A DNA stretch of 59,828 bases from contig CAYFLJ010000002.1 of NCBI GenBank assembly GCA_964343985.1, positions 1 to 59,828 of the forward strand, given 5' to 3'. Below the pieces are notes generated by a model that did not search any database, was not told the DNA's origin, and was given only the letters and a program-made list of their open reading frames with translations. Position 1 is the first letter of the stretch, and each line of letters starts with the position of its first letter. Source of the DNA: an uncultured Thermoflexus sp. (lineage in GTDB: Bacteria; Chloroflexota; UBA11872; UBA12225). This document shows, piece after piece, positions 21,025-29,715 of the stretch. Both the position numbers and the translations under genes were made by a program.

Positions 21025-22209
21025 TCAGGCGGTTGAGGCACGTGCCTCCAGCCAAGCGACGTCGATTTCAAGCCCAAGGCCCGGCGCATCTGACGGACGG
21101 ACCTGACCCCCATTGATCGTCGGCGTGCCAGGCAAAAGGGTCATCTCCTCAAGTGGTACACCGGGCGGTGAGACGCCTTCTGAACGCTCGCCCATGACAA
21201 TTGCCGGCATTGCGAGCGAGAGGTGTTGCCCCCACGGGTAGTTCATTCCCCCGTGAACGATCATGGTCAAACCGTGCGCTTCGGCGAGGTGCGCGATTTT
21301 TTGGCCAGCCGTGATGCCACCGCACCATGCGAGATCAGGCTGCAAGATGTCAACGAGGCCTTCCGCCGCAGCCTGCGCGAATGGCTGTAGGGTGTACCAG
21401 TGCTCGCCCGACGCGAGGACGGCGCCGGGGAGGCGGTCGCGGACGCGCCGGTACCCATGAAGGTCTTCTGGGAGAAGGTAGTCCTCAAGCCACTTCGGGC
21501 GATACGGTCGAATCGCCTCGCCGATTCGCACCGCTTGTTCGACGTTTAGGCTGATCCAGGCATCGACCATGACCTCAACGTCCGGACCGACCTGCTCGCG
21601 CGTGGCGGCGACAAGGTCTTGGGCACGACGCACGCCGACTATTCCAGCCTCTGGCCCATCCCGAAGAAAGACTTTCACGGCACGAAAGCCCAATTCAAGG
21701 AACCACGCGATACTCTCCGGGGTACCCCATTGTAAGTCGGTATTGCTCGCGTAGCACTCAATGACAGCCTTCTGCGGGCCACCGAGCAATTCATACACGG
21801 GTCGCCCGAGAAGTTTGCCCTTAAGGTCCCAGAGAGCGATATCAACGGCGCTCATGGCATACGATGCAAGCCCAGCGGAACCGTACGGGGCGGAGGCGCG
21901 TCGCATTGCATCCCAATGCATTTCGGTTGCCATCGCGTCAGCGCCGATGAGTAGCGGGGCGAAATGGCCGTTCACGATTTCACGAACGGGGGCGCCGTGG
22001 TTCGTGAAGCCGAAACCGGTTGTGCCGTCTTCGGCAGTGACGACGACGGCGACGCGCGACCATGCGGCGTTCCACCGCGACCTCGGGAAGTCGGGGTAGC
22101 GAAGCATGGGGCTTGCGAAGCCGGGGGTAGCTAATCGAGGCACGCGCGGCGCCGTACGCATCGGCGGCTCAAGGCGAACGGTGGCGGCGCGAATATCGCG
22201 GATGCGCAT
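21025..22209 (-). CDS. enolase-superfamily (mandelate racemase/muconate lactonizing) dehydratase, L-rhamnonate-dehydratase-like
   Basis: MRIRDIRAATV.. start, with MVDAW, LEDYL and GEH metal-ligand-like motifs. The 119-aa upstream extension in the ORF track is Arg/Ser-rich junk. Confidence 0.8.
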   Translation of the reverse strand: MRIRDIRAATVRLEPPMRTAPRVPRLATPGFASPMLRYPDFPRSRWNAAWSRVAVVVTAEDGTTGFGFTNHGAPVREIVNGHFAPLLIGADAMATEMHWDAMRRASAPYGSAGLASYAMSAVDIALWDLKGKLLGRPVYELLGGPQKAVIECYASNTDLQWGTPESIAWFLELGFRAVKVFLRDGPEAGIVGVRRAQDLVAATREQVGPDVEVMVDAWISLNVEQAVRIGEAIRPYRPKWLEDYLLPEDLHGYRRVRDRLPGAVLASGEHWYTLQPFAQAAAEGLVDILQPDLAWCGGITAGQKIAHLAEAHGLTMIVHGGMNYPWGQHLSLAMPAIVMGERSEGVSPPGVPLEEMTLLPGTPTINGGQVRPSDAPGLGLEIDVAWLEARASTA

Positions 22210-22240
22210 GGCGACGGTCCTTGTACTGTGGGCGGTGAGA

Positions 22241-22963
22241 TCAGCCTCGGCCGACGAAGGGCTGTTTGATCGGCAGGACGGTTGCTTCAAGCATCGTGAC
22301 GTGCGGTGGAAGCAAGGCCATCCACACTGCGGTCTGGGCGAGGTCATCGACCGCCATGTTGGCCTCTTGTTGCGTCGTGGCGCTGTGGCGTTCCACGACA
22401 GTGTTCCCAGGGTTAAGGCAACTTGCAGCGATCCCAAACTCGCGCCCTTCAAGTGCGGTGACCTGGGTGAGTCCCCAAACGCCGTGCTTGCTCGATGAGT
22501 ACGCGGCCGAACGGGGGCGGACACGCTGCGACGAGATACTCGCGATATTGATGATCCGACCACCACCTTGCGGTTTCATGATGCGGAACGCTTCGCGGGT
22601 ACACAGGAACGGTGCCGTGAGGTTTGTAGCGATCACTCGGTGCCAAGCCTCGAGCGAAAGTTCGTCGATTGGGCCACCGTCGAACGCGCCCGCGTTGTTT
22701 ACAAGGACATCCAGTCGGTGATAGCGCGCAATCGTCGCGTCGAACACGTGTTTAACGTCGGCCTCAAGGGTGACGTCGGCGGGGACGGCAAGCACTTCGG
22801 CACCGATGCCTTGGAGTTCAGCGACTGCGTCAGCCAAGGTTTCGGCGTTCCGACCCGTAATTGCGAGGCGCGCGCCCTGATGCGCCATCCCGCGTGCAAT
22901 GCCACGCCCGATGCCACGTCCCCCACCGGTAATGAGTACAACTTTGCCGTCAAGGCCGCCCAT
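22241..22963 (-). CDS. SDR-family oxidoreductase
   Basis: GKVVLITGGGRGIGRG and YSSSK. The start is at the ATG preceded by AAGGGAG. Confidence 0.88.
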   Translation of the reverse strand: MGGLDGKVVLITGGGRGIGRGIARGMAHQGARLAITGRNAETLADAVAELQGIGAEVLAVPADVTLEADVKHVFDATIARYHRLDVLVNNAGAFDGGPIDELSLEAWHRVIATNLTAPFLCTREAFRIMKPQGGGRIINIASISSQRVRPRSAAYSSSKHGVWGLTQVTALEGREFGIAASCLNPGNTVVERHSATTQQEANMAVDDLAQTAVWMALLPPHVTMLEATVLPIKQPFVGRG

Positions 22964-23284
22964 GCTTACTCCCTTGCGCCGCGAACTGCGCGCGAACGCC
23001 GCATCATAGCCACGATCTGTCGTAGCGGCGGAACTGTCCGCAATCTCGTTCGTATAAACAGTTTTTGCGTGTTTGAATGAACACGCGGTGCGCGAGGTTA
23101 ATCGGCGTTCGAACCGCGCCAAAGCCGCGGCGATTTCAGATCAGTTACGGCGACTCGGATCGACAGAACGTGGTGTTTTCGCATGGGTGTGCGACGAACC
23201 CTTCAGACATTACGGCGCCCTCCGACGCTGAAAGTGTCGACACTGTGACGCCAAGGAAGGCGACCGGCCCCAGTGGCGACCGAA

Positions 23285-23323
23285 GGGCAAAGGATTGCCC
23301 TTTGCACGGATGGTTTGGAGGGA
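23285..23323 (+). promoter_or_regulatory. flagellin 5' leader with GGA motifs (candidate CsrA sites) and a Shine-Dalgarno sequence
   Basis: Hairpin GGGCAA-AGGA-TTGCCC (23285..23300) presents AGGA in its loop. GCACGGATGG follows at 23304..23313, and the SD GGAGGGA at 23317..23323. Confidence 0.4.
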
Positions 23324-23327
23324 TCCC

Positions 23328-24212
23328 ATGGCGCTTCGGATCAACTACAACTTCGAATCGGTCTCGGCGCAGCGAAGTCTCGGCACTACGCAGCAATCGT
23401 TCCAGCGGGCAATCGAACAACTTTCGAGCGGCCTTCGCATTAACCGAGCGGCTGACGACGCAGCGGGCTTGGCGGTGAGCGAGAAGTTGAAAAACCAGGT
23501 TCGGGGCCTGAATCAGGCGCAGCGTAACGCTCAAGATGCTGTGTCAATGCTTCAGGTAGCGGAAGGTGCGCTGAACGAAACGCATGCGGTGCTGGCCCGT
23601 CTCCGCGAACTTGCGGTGCAGTCAGCCAACGACACGCTTACCGACCCTGACCGGTTGCACATTCAAGCGGAGTCTAATCAGCTCCTCGCTGAAATCGACC
23701 GCATCGCGAAGTCGACACAGTTCAATGGCATCACTCTGCTCAGTGGCGCGGGAAGTGTGGCGACCGGCCTAACCTTTCACGTCGGGGCGAACACGGACAC
23801 GCCGGCGGGCTCGAACGAGATTACGTTCACCTTGAACAGTGCGTCGACCGCGGGATTGACGACTGGAAACGTGTTGATGTCCGCGCTTGGCTCAACGTCG
23901 ACGGGTCAGCTTTCCAGCTTCTCGTTCCAGACGTCGGCAAATGTGGCGATTTCGGTTCTGGACACGGCCATCGAGACGATCAGCACGCGCCGTGGGGCGA
24001 TTGGTGCGATGCAGAACCGGCTGTCGAGCGAGATCAACAGTCTCGGCGTTGCGTCGGAGAACACCGGAGCGGCCAACAGCCGGATTCGCGACGCCGACGT
24101 CGCGCAGGCGGTCTCCGAGATGGTTCGTAATCAAATCTTGCAGCAGTCCTCCATGGCTGTGCTCGCGCAGGCGAACCAAGCCCCGCAGATGGCGTTGCAA
24201 CTCCTCAAGTAA
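23328..24212 (+). CDS. fliC: flagellin
   Basis: MALRINYN..LSSGLRINRAADDAAGLAVSEKL.. N-terminus and ..RIRDADVAQAVSEMVRNQILQQSSMAVLAQANQAPQMALQLLK C-terminus. Confidence 0.93.
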   Translation: MALRINYNFESVSAQRSLGTTQQSFQRAIEQLSSGLRINRAADDAAGLAVSEKLKNQVRGLNQAQRNAQDAVSMLQVAEGALNETHAVLARLRELAVQSANDTLTDPDRLHIQAESNQLLAEIDRIAKSTQFNGITLLSGAGSVATGLTFHVGANTDTPAGSNEITFTLNSASTAGLTTGNVLMSALGSTSTGQLSSFSFQTSANVAISVLDTAIETISTRRGAIGAMQNRLSSEINSLGVASENTGAANSRIRDADVAQAVSEMVRNQILQQSSMAVLAQANQAPQMALQLLK

Positions 24213-24245
24213 GCACGACGCTGCCGGTCCCCGCGTCGGGGCGTT

Positions 24246-24276
24246 CGAGGGAGCCGTCAATTTGGCGGCTCCCTCG
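24246..24276 (+). terminator. stem-loop downstream of flagellin
   Basis: Perfect 11-bp stem CGAGGGAGCCG-(9 nt)-CGGCTCCCTCG, followed by TCGATTCT (weak U-tract). A smaller hairpin CCCCG-CGT-CGGGG lies at 24229..24241. Confidence 0.55.
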
Positions 24277-24489
24277 TCGATTCTAGGCGCTTGTCGCAAT
24301 TGAATGGATGCCGTGGCGCGAGTGTGGTCAGTTGGACCGAGACGACCCGGTCATCCGTGAAGCGTGCGCGCCTCGCTCGTTGCCCGATGCTGGTACGTCA
24401 TCGGCCCTGTCTGCCGCTCTACAGCACGAATGAACACTTGGTATAAAAGCATAGTAACGGAATCTGAAATGCACCCGCACGATTTCTGA

Positions 24490-25605
24490 TTACACGCTTA
24501 CGACACTGTTTGTGCGCGCCGCCTCATAGAAGGCGAAGCACGCGCGCAAGGTATGCACACTGTCAGTCAGCGACGCGATTGGCGTGGCGCCGGACGCAAG
24601 GCAGTCGAGTAGGTGGTCGAGGCATGATGTCGCAATCGCCGGGCGTCGAGCCTCGACCGGTAGGTCGGAACCGGACGTGCTCGGCGCGAGCGAAGCGGTG
24701 GTGGTGCCGTCAGCAACCAATGGATGCCATTTGCCGGCCTCTGGCGTGCCGCGTTGCGCCCGGATCGACAAACCGGGCGCGATCGTTCCGTCCCATGAAA
24801 GATCGCCTTCGGTACCGGTCAGTTGCCACCCCATAAAGTAGTGGCCGCGCGGGCTTGACCACGTCACTTCGACGGTGGCGATGGCACCGCGCGAGAACTC
24901 AAGGAGTGCAACACCATAGTCTTCTTTCTCGGGGTGGAGGTCATGGTGCACCAGTGTCTTTGAGAGGCCGGAGGCCCGCACGATCCGGTCAGCCAAGGCC
25001 CATTCAAGCCAATCGACCAGGTAGATTGCATGGTCAATCCACCCGCCTCCGGGCGACCGGGCGGGGTCCATCCACCACGCGTTCACGTTCGGTTGTCCGG
25101 GCCAATCGAGGCGAGCACCATCCACGGTGAACCGTCCGATGAGCATGGCAGTCAGCGGCGTGCCAATGGCCCCTTCACGTATGAGCCGCGCGAACGTACG
25201 CCCGTGAGGTTGGAAGCGGGTGTGCGCTTCGAATGGGACAGCGAGGACGCCAGACGCCTCGACGCCGTCGCGGAGGCGTTCGGCATCAGCGATGGTCATT
25301 GCGCACGGTTTCACCGTGACGAGGTGCTTGCCGTGTCGCGCGGCAGCGAGCGCGACTTCAACGTGTTCGGACGTGGCGCACGCAGTCACGACGACATCGA
25401 CGTCGGGGTGCGTCGCGACCGCCATCAGGTCGTCGGTTTGTACAGGGATTGCCCATCGTTCGGCGAGTTCATTGCGATTCGCCGCGTGGTGATGCGCGAC
25501 GGCGACAACCGTTGCGTCATCGCGACGGGCGGCGATGGCGGGCACCTCGCGTCCGATGTACCAGTGGTCAAGTCCGACGATTCCGATCCGTTTCGAGGTG
25601 GTCAT
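24490..25605 (-). CDS. Gfo/Idh/MocA-family oxidoreductase
   Basis: N-terminal Rossmann RIGIVGLDHWY, a family-typical length, and GGAG upstream of the second ATG. Confidence 0.75.
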   Translation of the reverse strand: MTTSKRIGIVGLDHWYIGREVPAIAARRDDATVVAVAHHHAANRNELAERWAIPVQTDDLMAVATHPDVDVVVTACATSEHVEVALAAARHGKHLVTVKPCAMTIADAERLRDGVEASGVLAVPFEAHTRFQPHGRTFARLIREGAIGTPLTAMLIGRFTVDGARLDWPGQPNVNAWWMDPARSPGGGWIDHAIYLVDWLEWALADRIVRASGLSKTLVHHDLHPEKEDYGVALLEFSRGAIATVEVTWSSPRGHYFMGWQLTGTEGDLSWDGTIAPGLSIRAQRGTPEAGKWHPLVADGTTTASLAPSTSGSDLPVEARRPAIATSCLDHLLDCLASGATPIASLTDSVHTLRACFAFYEAARTNSVVSV

Positions 25606-25718
25606 GGTATGCGCTCCAGTCATACGGGCAGGGTACTCTCGTCGATCACGCAGCGATAGCGCTGTGGCAAGGCAAACTATCTTCGTGGAACGTCACCCTC
25701 GGCGATGAACAGAACTCG

Positions 25719-26798
25719 ATGACCGACTATCCTGCAGGCCGGGACGATCGGCGTGTTGATGCCGTCGCGCTAGAGTCGCTTGTCACTACCATCTTTATGA
25801 AAGTCGGGATGCACGAAAGCGATGCTTACCACCTTTCAGAATCGCTGGTACTGAGCGATCTACGCGGTGTGCATTCGCACGGAACGATGCGCGTCGCCGA
25901 GTATGTTGACAAGTTGACGACCGGTGGTGTCAACCCGTGTGGTCGCCCGCGGGTCGTTCGCGACGAAGGCGCTTGCCTTGTGGTTGATGCCGACAACGCG
26001 ATGGGCCATGTCGCGATGCGTTTCGCGATGGACCGAGCGATCGCCCGAGCGTCGGTCATCGGTATCGGCGCGTGTGCGGTACGTGGAAGCAATCACGCGG
26101 GGGCGATGGCCTCGTATGCGATGCAGGCCTTGCCACACGACATGATCGGCCTCGCCACGACCAACGCGCTGCCAACGATGCCGCCGCACGGTGGGCGCAC
26201 TCGACTTCTGGGGATCAATCCGCTCGCGGTCGCGATCCCGTCGGGGACCTCGAGGCCGATCGTTCACGATGCATCGTTCAGTCATGTCGCCCACGGGAAA
26301 GTGCGGGTCTACGCCCAACGTGGCGCAAACTTACCGGAAGGATGGGCGACCGACCGCTTCGGTGTGCCGACGACCGATGCCTCCGCCGCGGTGGAAGGCC
26401 TGTTGCTTCCAATTGGCGGCTTTAAAGGCGTCGCCCTCGCGATGGTGATGGGTGTGCTTTCGAGTTTGCTCTCCGGGGCGGCGTACGGGACCGAGTTGGG
26501 TTCGTTAGCCTCCGGGCCGAAGCCTGGCGACGACGGCCACTTCGTCATGGCAATCCGGGTCGGCGCATTTGAAGACGTGGACCGGTTCAAGGCTCGTGTT
26601 GATGCGATCGTCGACGAATTGCACTGCGCGCCCCGGGCGCTCGGCGTGGAACGAATTTACGCGCCGGGAGAACGAGAGTTCGAATCTGAAGCGATCGGGA
26701 GAGCGCAGGGGGTGAACCTCGACCGTGACACCCGGACCGATTTGGCGGGCGTGGCATCGATGCTTGGGGTTTCTTTTGATCTTGGGCTCTTGGCCTAG
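25719..26798 (+). CDS. Ldh_2-family (malate/L-lactate/sulfolactate dehydrogenase type 2) oxidoreductase
   Basis: LRGVHSHGTMRVAEYV and a GFKGVALAMVMG-type motif. The start is at MTDYPAG; the longer upstream ORF part is Arg-rich. Confidence 0.8.
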   Translation: MTDYPAGRDDRRVDAVALESLVTTIFMKVGMHESDAYHLSESLVLSDLRGVHSHGTMRVAEYVDKLTTGGVNPCGRPRVVRDEGACLVVDADNAMGHVAMRFAMDRAIARASVIGIGACAVRGSNHAGAMASYAMQALPHDMIGLATTNALPTMPPHGGRTRLLGINPLAVAIPSGTSRPIVHDASFSHVAHGKVRVYAQRGANLPEGWATDRFGVPTTDASAAVEGLLLPIGGFKGVALAMVMGVLSSLLSGAAYGTELGSLASGPKPGDDGHFVMAIRVGAFEDVDRFKARVDAIVDELHCAPRALGVERIYAPGEREFESEAIGRAQGVNLDRDTRTDLAGVASMLGVSFDLGLLA

Positions 26799-26884
26799 AA
26801 ACGTTCCTCGAGAAGCCTCATTCACCCAGAGACACCTCAACGAGGCGTGCGATCCCCGCCCGTGGCAGAGACGCACCCACCATG

Positions 26885-26914
26885 GCCCCTCCCCCGCAGT
26901 GGCGGGAGAGGGGC
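26885..26914. terminator. strong GC hairpin between convergent genes (bidirectional terminator candidate)
   Basis: GCCCCTCCCCCGC-AGTG-GCGGGAGAGGGGC forms a 13-bp stem with one mismatch. Confidence 0.55.
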
Positions 26915-26922
26915 TCTTGAGG

Positions 26923-28293
26923 TCAGCCCGCCGCCACCTGAGGGAGGTGTGCCATTGCCTCTGCGATCTTTTCGGCCGGGTACTCGTAGTCTTCCAACTG
27001 ACCGGAGAGGTACTTCTCGTACGACACCATGTCGAAGTTCCCGTGGCCACAGACGCCGACGAGGATGACTTTCTTCTCGCCCGTCTCTTTCGCCTCAAGC
27101 GCAGCCCGAATCGCGCCGCGCAGTGCATGAGCAGGTTCGGGCGCCGGCACGATGCCTTCCGCACGGGCGAACTGGAGGGCCGCTTGGAAGGTTTCGAGTT
27201 GCGAGTACGCGACTGGGGTGACGTGACCGCCGTCGACCAACTGACTGAGAAGTGGCGCCGCCCCGTGATAGCGCAGGCCACCAGCGTGGATTCCGGGCGG
27301 GATAAAGTCATGCCCAAGCGTGTGCATTTTCACGATGGGGGTGATGCCGACGGTATCACCGTAGTCAAAGGTGTAGACGCCGCGTGTGAGCGACGGGCAC
27401 GCCGCCGGTTCGCATGCCACGATCTTTGTTTTGGTGTGGCCGAGGAGGTTTTCGCGAACGAACGGGAAGGCAAGGCCGCCGAAATTACTGCCGCCGCCGA
27501 CGCATCCGTAGATCTCGTCTGGATACTCGCCGGCCATCTCAAACTGGCGGAGCGTCTCTTGGCCAATCACGGTTTGGTGCATCAACACATGGTTTAGCAC
27601 GGAGCCAAGGGCGTATTTCGCATCGTCGTGAGTCGCCGCGTCTTCGACCGCTTCGGAAATGGCGATGCCCAGAGAACCAGGTGAGTTCGGGTCATCGCCA
27701 AGAACTTTGCGCCCGGAATTGGTCAACGTTGAGGGACTTGCGTACACGGTGGCGCCGAAAGACTCCATCAACGTGCGCCGATGGGGCTTCTGTTCAAAGC
27801 TCACTTTCACCATGTAGACGGTGCACTCGAGGCCGAACATCTCGCACGCAATCGACAGTGCCGTGCCCCATTGGCCGGCTCCGGTCTCGGTCGTTATCCG
27901 CTTCACGCCTTCCTGCTTGCTGTAAAAGGCCTGAGCGACGGCGGTGTTCATCTTGTGGGAGCCGGACGGGCTACCACCCTCATACTTGTAGTAGATGTGG
28001 GCAGGCGTGCCGAGCGCCTTTTCCAGTCGACGGGCACGTACGAGGGGACTCGGTCGGTACATCTTGTAGATATCGCGGACCGGTTCCGGGATTTCGATCC
28101 ACCGTTCCGACGACACCTCTTGTTTGATGATCTCCATGGGGAACAATGGCGCAAGGTCCTGCGGCCCGACGGGCGCCTTCGTGCCGGGGTGAAGCACCGG
28201 TTCTGGCGGCGAGGGCAGATCGGCAATGATGTTGTACCAGTGCTTCGGGATGTCCTCTTCACTCAAAATGAAGCGGGTACGGTCGCTGATCAC
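26923..28293 (-). CDS. TrpB-like PLP enzyme, tryptophan synthase beta chain type 2 (TrpB2)
   Basis: The N-terminus [13 protein letters not shown]...[19 protein letters not shown] is typical of the TrpB2 clade. AAGGAG lies 8 nt upstream of the GTG start. Confidence 0.88.
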   Translation of the reverse strand: MISDRTRFILSEEDIPKHWYNIIADLPSPPEPVLHPGTKAPVGPQDLAPLFPMEIIKQEVSSERWIEIPEPVRDIYKMYRPSPLVRARRLEKALGTPAHIYYKYEGGSPSGSHKMNTAVAQAFYSKQEGVKRITTETGAGQWGTALSIACEMFGLECTVYMVKVSFEQKPHRRTLMESFGATVYASPSTLTNSGRKVLGDDPNSPGSLGIAISEAVEDAATHDDAKYALGSVLNHVLMHQTVIGQETLRQFEMAGEYPDEIYGCVGGGSNFGGLAFPFVRENLLGHTKTKIVACEPAACPSLTRGVYTFDYGDTVGITPIVKMHTLGHDFIPPGIHAGGLRYHGAAPLLSQLVDGGHVTPVAYSQLETFQAALQFARAEGIVPAPEPAHALRGAIRAALEAKETGEKKVILVGVCGHGNFDMVSYEKYLSGQLEDYEYPAEKIAEAMAHLPQVAAG

Positions 28294-28390
28294 CTATGTA
28301 ACTCCTTGGTGTAGTAGCAGGGCGTCATGATCTGGCGCCGGCGCCCTGCAGTATACGAAGGCAATGGCGTTTCCAGTTTCCAGCGTTGGC

Positions 28391-29386
28391 TCACCGTAAA
28401 ACGGCGACCGCGACGCCGATGGCGAGGATGGTGGTTGCGATGACCGCGACCGCCCACGGCATCCAACGGGATACTGGTCTCGTTGGCTGGGCACCGACCA
28501 TTGACGCAGACCCAGGCCCTTCGTCTGGCGCCTCAGCCCATATTGTGGTCGCGTCGAGCGACTCCATGGCGAGCAGGTCGGCACGGAGGGCCTGCATCGA
28601 CTGGTACCGTGCGTCCGGGTTACGGCGCATCGCCTTAAACGTGATCGCTTCAAGCGCAGCCGGTACGCCCCGGACGCGTGAACGGATTGATGTAGGCGAA
28701 GACTGCACATGCTGCGCCATGACGGCAAGGGCGGTGTCACCGCGATACGGCGGGTACCCCGTCAGCAACTCGTACAGCATCGCGCCGAGTGCGTATACGT
28801 CGCTGCGGACGTCGCCTCGTTTCCCTTGAACCTGTTCGGGTGACATGTAGTCAGGAGTGCCAAGCGCTGGCGAAATCGAACTGGTTGTGATGCGTGGTGC
28901 GCCTTCCAGAAGCGATGCCCCAAAGTCGATGAGGCGGATTTTGCCGTCGCGACCAACCATGATGTTGTCTGGTTTCAGGTCGCGATGCACGATTCCTTGA
29001 TCATGGCAGTACGACAGTGCGTCGCAAATCTGAAGTGTGTAGGTGACCGCTTCGGTGACGCTTGTCGGCGAGCCCTCGTGCAAGCTGTCGCGCAGGAGGC
29101 CGCCGTCGATCCACTCCAACGCGAGGTACGGCATTCGACCGCGCGCGACTTCACCGGTGCCGACGACACGCTGCACGTTTGGATGGTCGAGCAGTCGGGT
29201 GACTTCTAACTCGCGGTCGTATCTGGCGCGCGCGCCGGCCTCTTCAAGGAGCTGGAGGTGCGGAATCTTCAGGACGACACGAACGCCGTCGGGGCCCTTC
29301 GCCTCGAATACGACTCCCATACCGCCCTGTCCGAGGCGTCGGACGAGTTGATAGCCGCCAATCTGATCTCCGGGTGCGTACACCAT
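28391..29386 (-). CDS. Ser/Thr protein kinase with a C-terminal TM anchor
   Basis: GQGGMGVVFEA, HRDLKPDNIMV, DFG and GTPDYMSPE motifs. C-terminal hydrophobic segment WAVAVIATTILAIGVAVAV. Confidence 0.9.
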   Translation of the reverse strand: MVYAPGDQIGGYQLVRRLGQGGMGVVFEAKGPDGVRVVLKIPHLQLLEEAGARARYDRELEVTRLLDHPNVQRVVGTGEVARGRMPYLALEWIDGGLLRDSLHEGSPTSVTEAVTYTLQICDALSYCHDQGIVHRDLKPDNIMVGRDGKIRLIDFGASLLEGAPRITTSSISPALGTPDYMSPEQVQGKRGDVRSDVYALGAMLYELLTGYPPYRGDTALAVMAQHVQSSPTSIRSRVRGVPAALEAITFKAMRRNPDARYQSMQALRADLLAMESLDATTIWAEAPDEGPGSASMVGAQPTRPVSRWMPWAVAVIATTILAIGVAVAVLR

Positions 29387-29624
29387 CGACGTGCATCGTA
29401 TCTGGACTGGACCGCGACGCCAAAGAATGACGGTGTGGCCGATAGTGGAAGGTAGGGCGTCCGGGACGACTGGGAGCGGTTCGCCGTGCCGACTGTCGCC
29501 CGGTTATCCAGTTGGTCTTGCCGTGTTAGGCGACGGGAATGGCGTGCATGTGCGTTGCACTGGAGCGTGCGCGAGGTAGTAAGGCCTTGCTGTCGCGACG
29601 ATGTGGGCGGGCAGAACTCGAGCT

Positions 29625-29668
29625 GTGAAAAGGAACGTGCCCCCTGCCGACCTGGAAGTCGACAGGGG
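29625..29668 (-). terminator. intrinsic terminator downstream of amt
   Basis: On the minus strand, CCCCTGTCGAC-TTCCAG-GTCGGCAGGGG (11 bp, one G-U pair) is followed by a ..GTTCCTTTTC U-rich run. Confidence 0.6.
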
Positions 29669-29715
29669 ACAAACTGTTCGAATGATGCGATGCGACCGTG
29701 CTCGCTTGGGCGTCC

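Noticed and set aside
21025-22566. N-terminal extensions offered by the ORF track for several genes (21025..22566, 22241..23122, 25449..26798, 29716..31524, 35440..36342, 42011..42988, 43247..44470, 44311..45096, 51169..52449)
   Set aside because: In each case an internal start lines up with the family-typical N-terminus. That start is preceded by an SD or forms a stop/start overlap with the upstream gene. The extra residues are low-complexity and/or overlap the neighbouring gene.
23123-23284. Sigma-28 (FliA/SigD) promoter upstream of flagellin
   Set aside because: I searched by eye for TAAA-N15-GCCGATAA. Only weak partial matches turned up (for example GAAA-N15-CGCCAAGG, next to a GTGTCGACAC palindrome), which is not enough to call.
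26505-27597. Two overlapping long ORFs (26505..27317 minus, 26725..27597 plus)
   Set aside because: These are shadows of the well-supported Ldh_2 and TrpB2 genes, with Arg-rich composition and no motifs.
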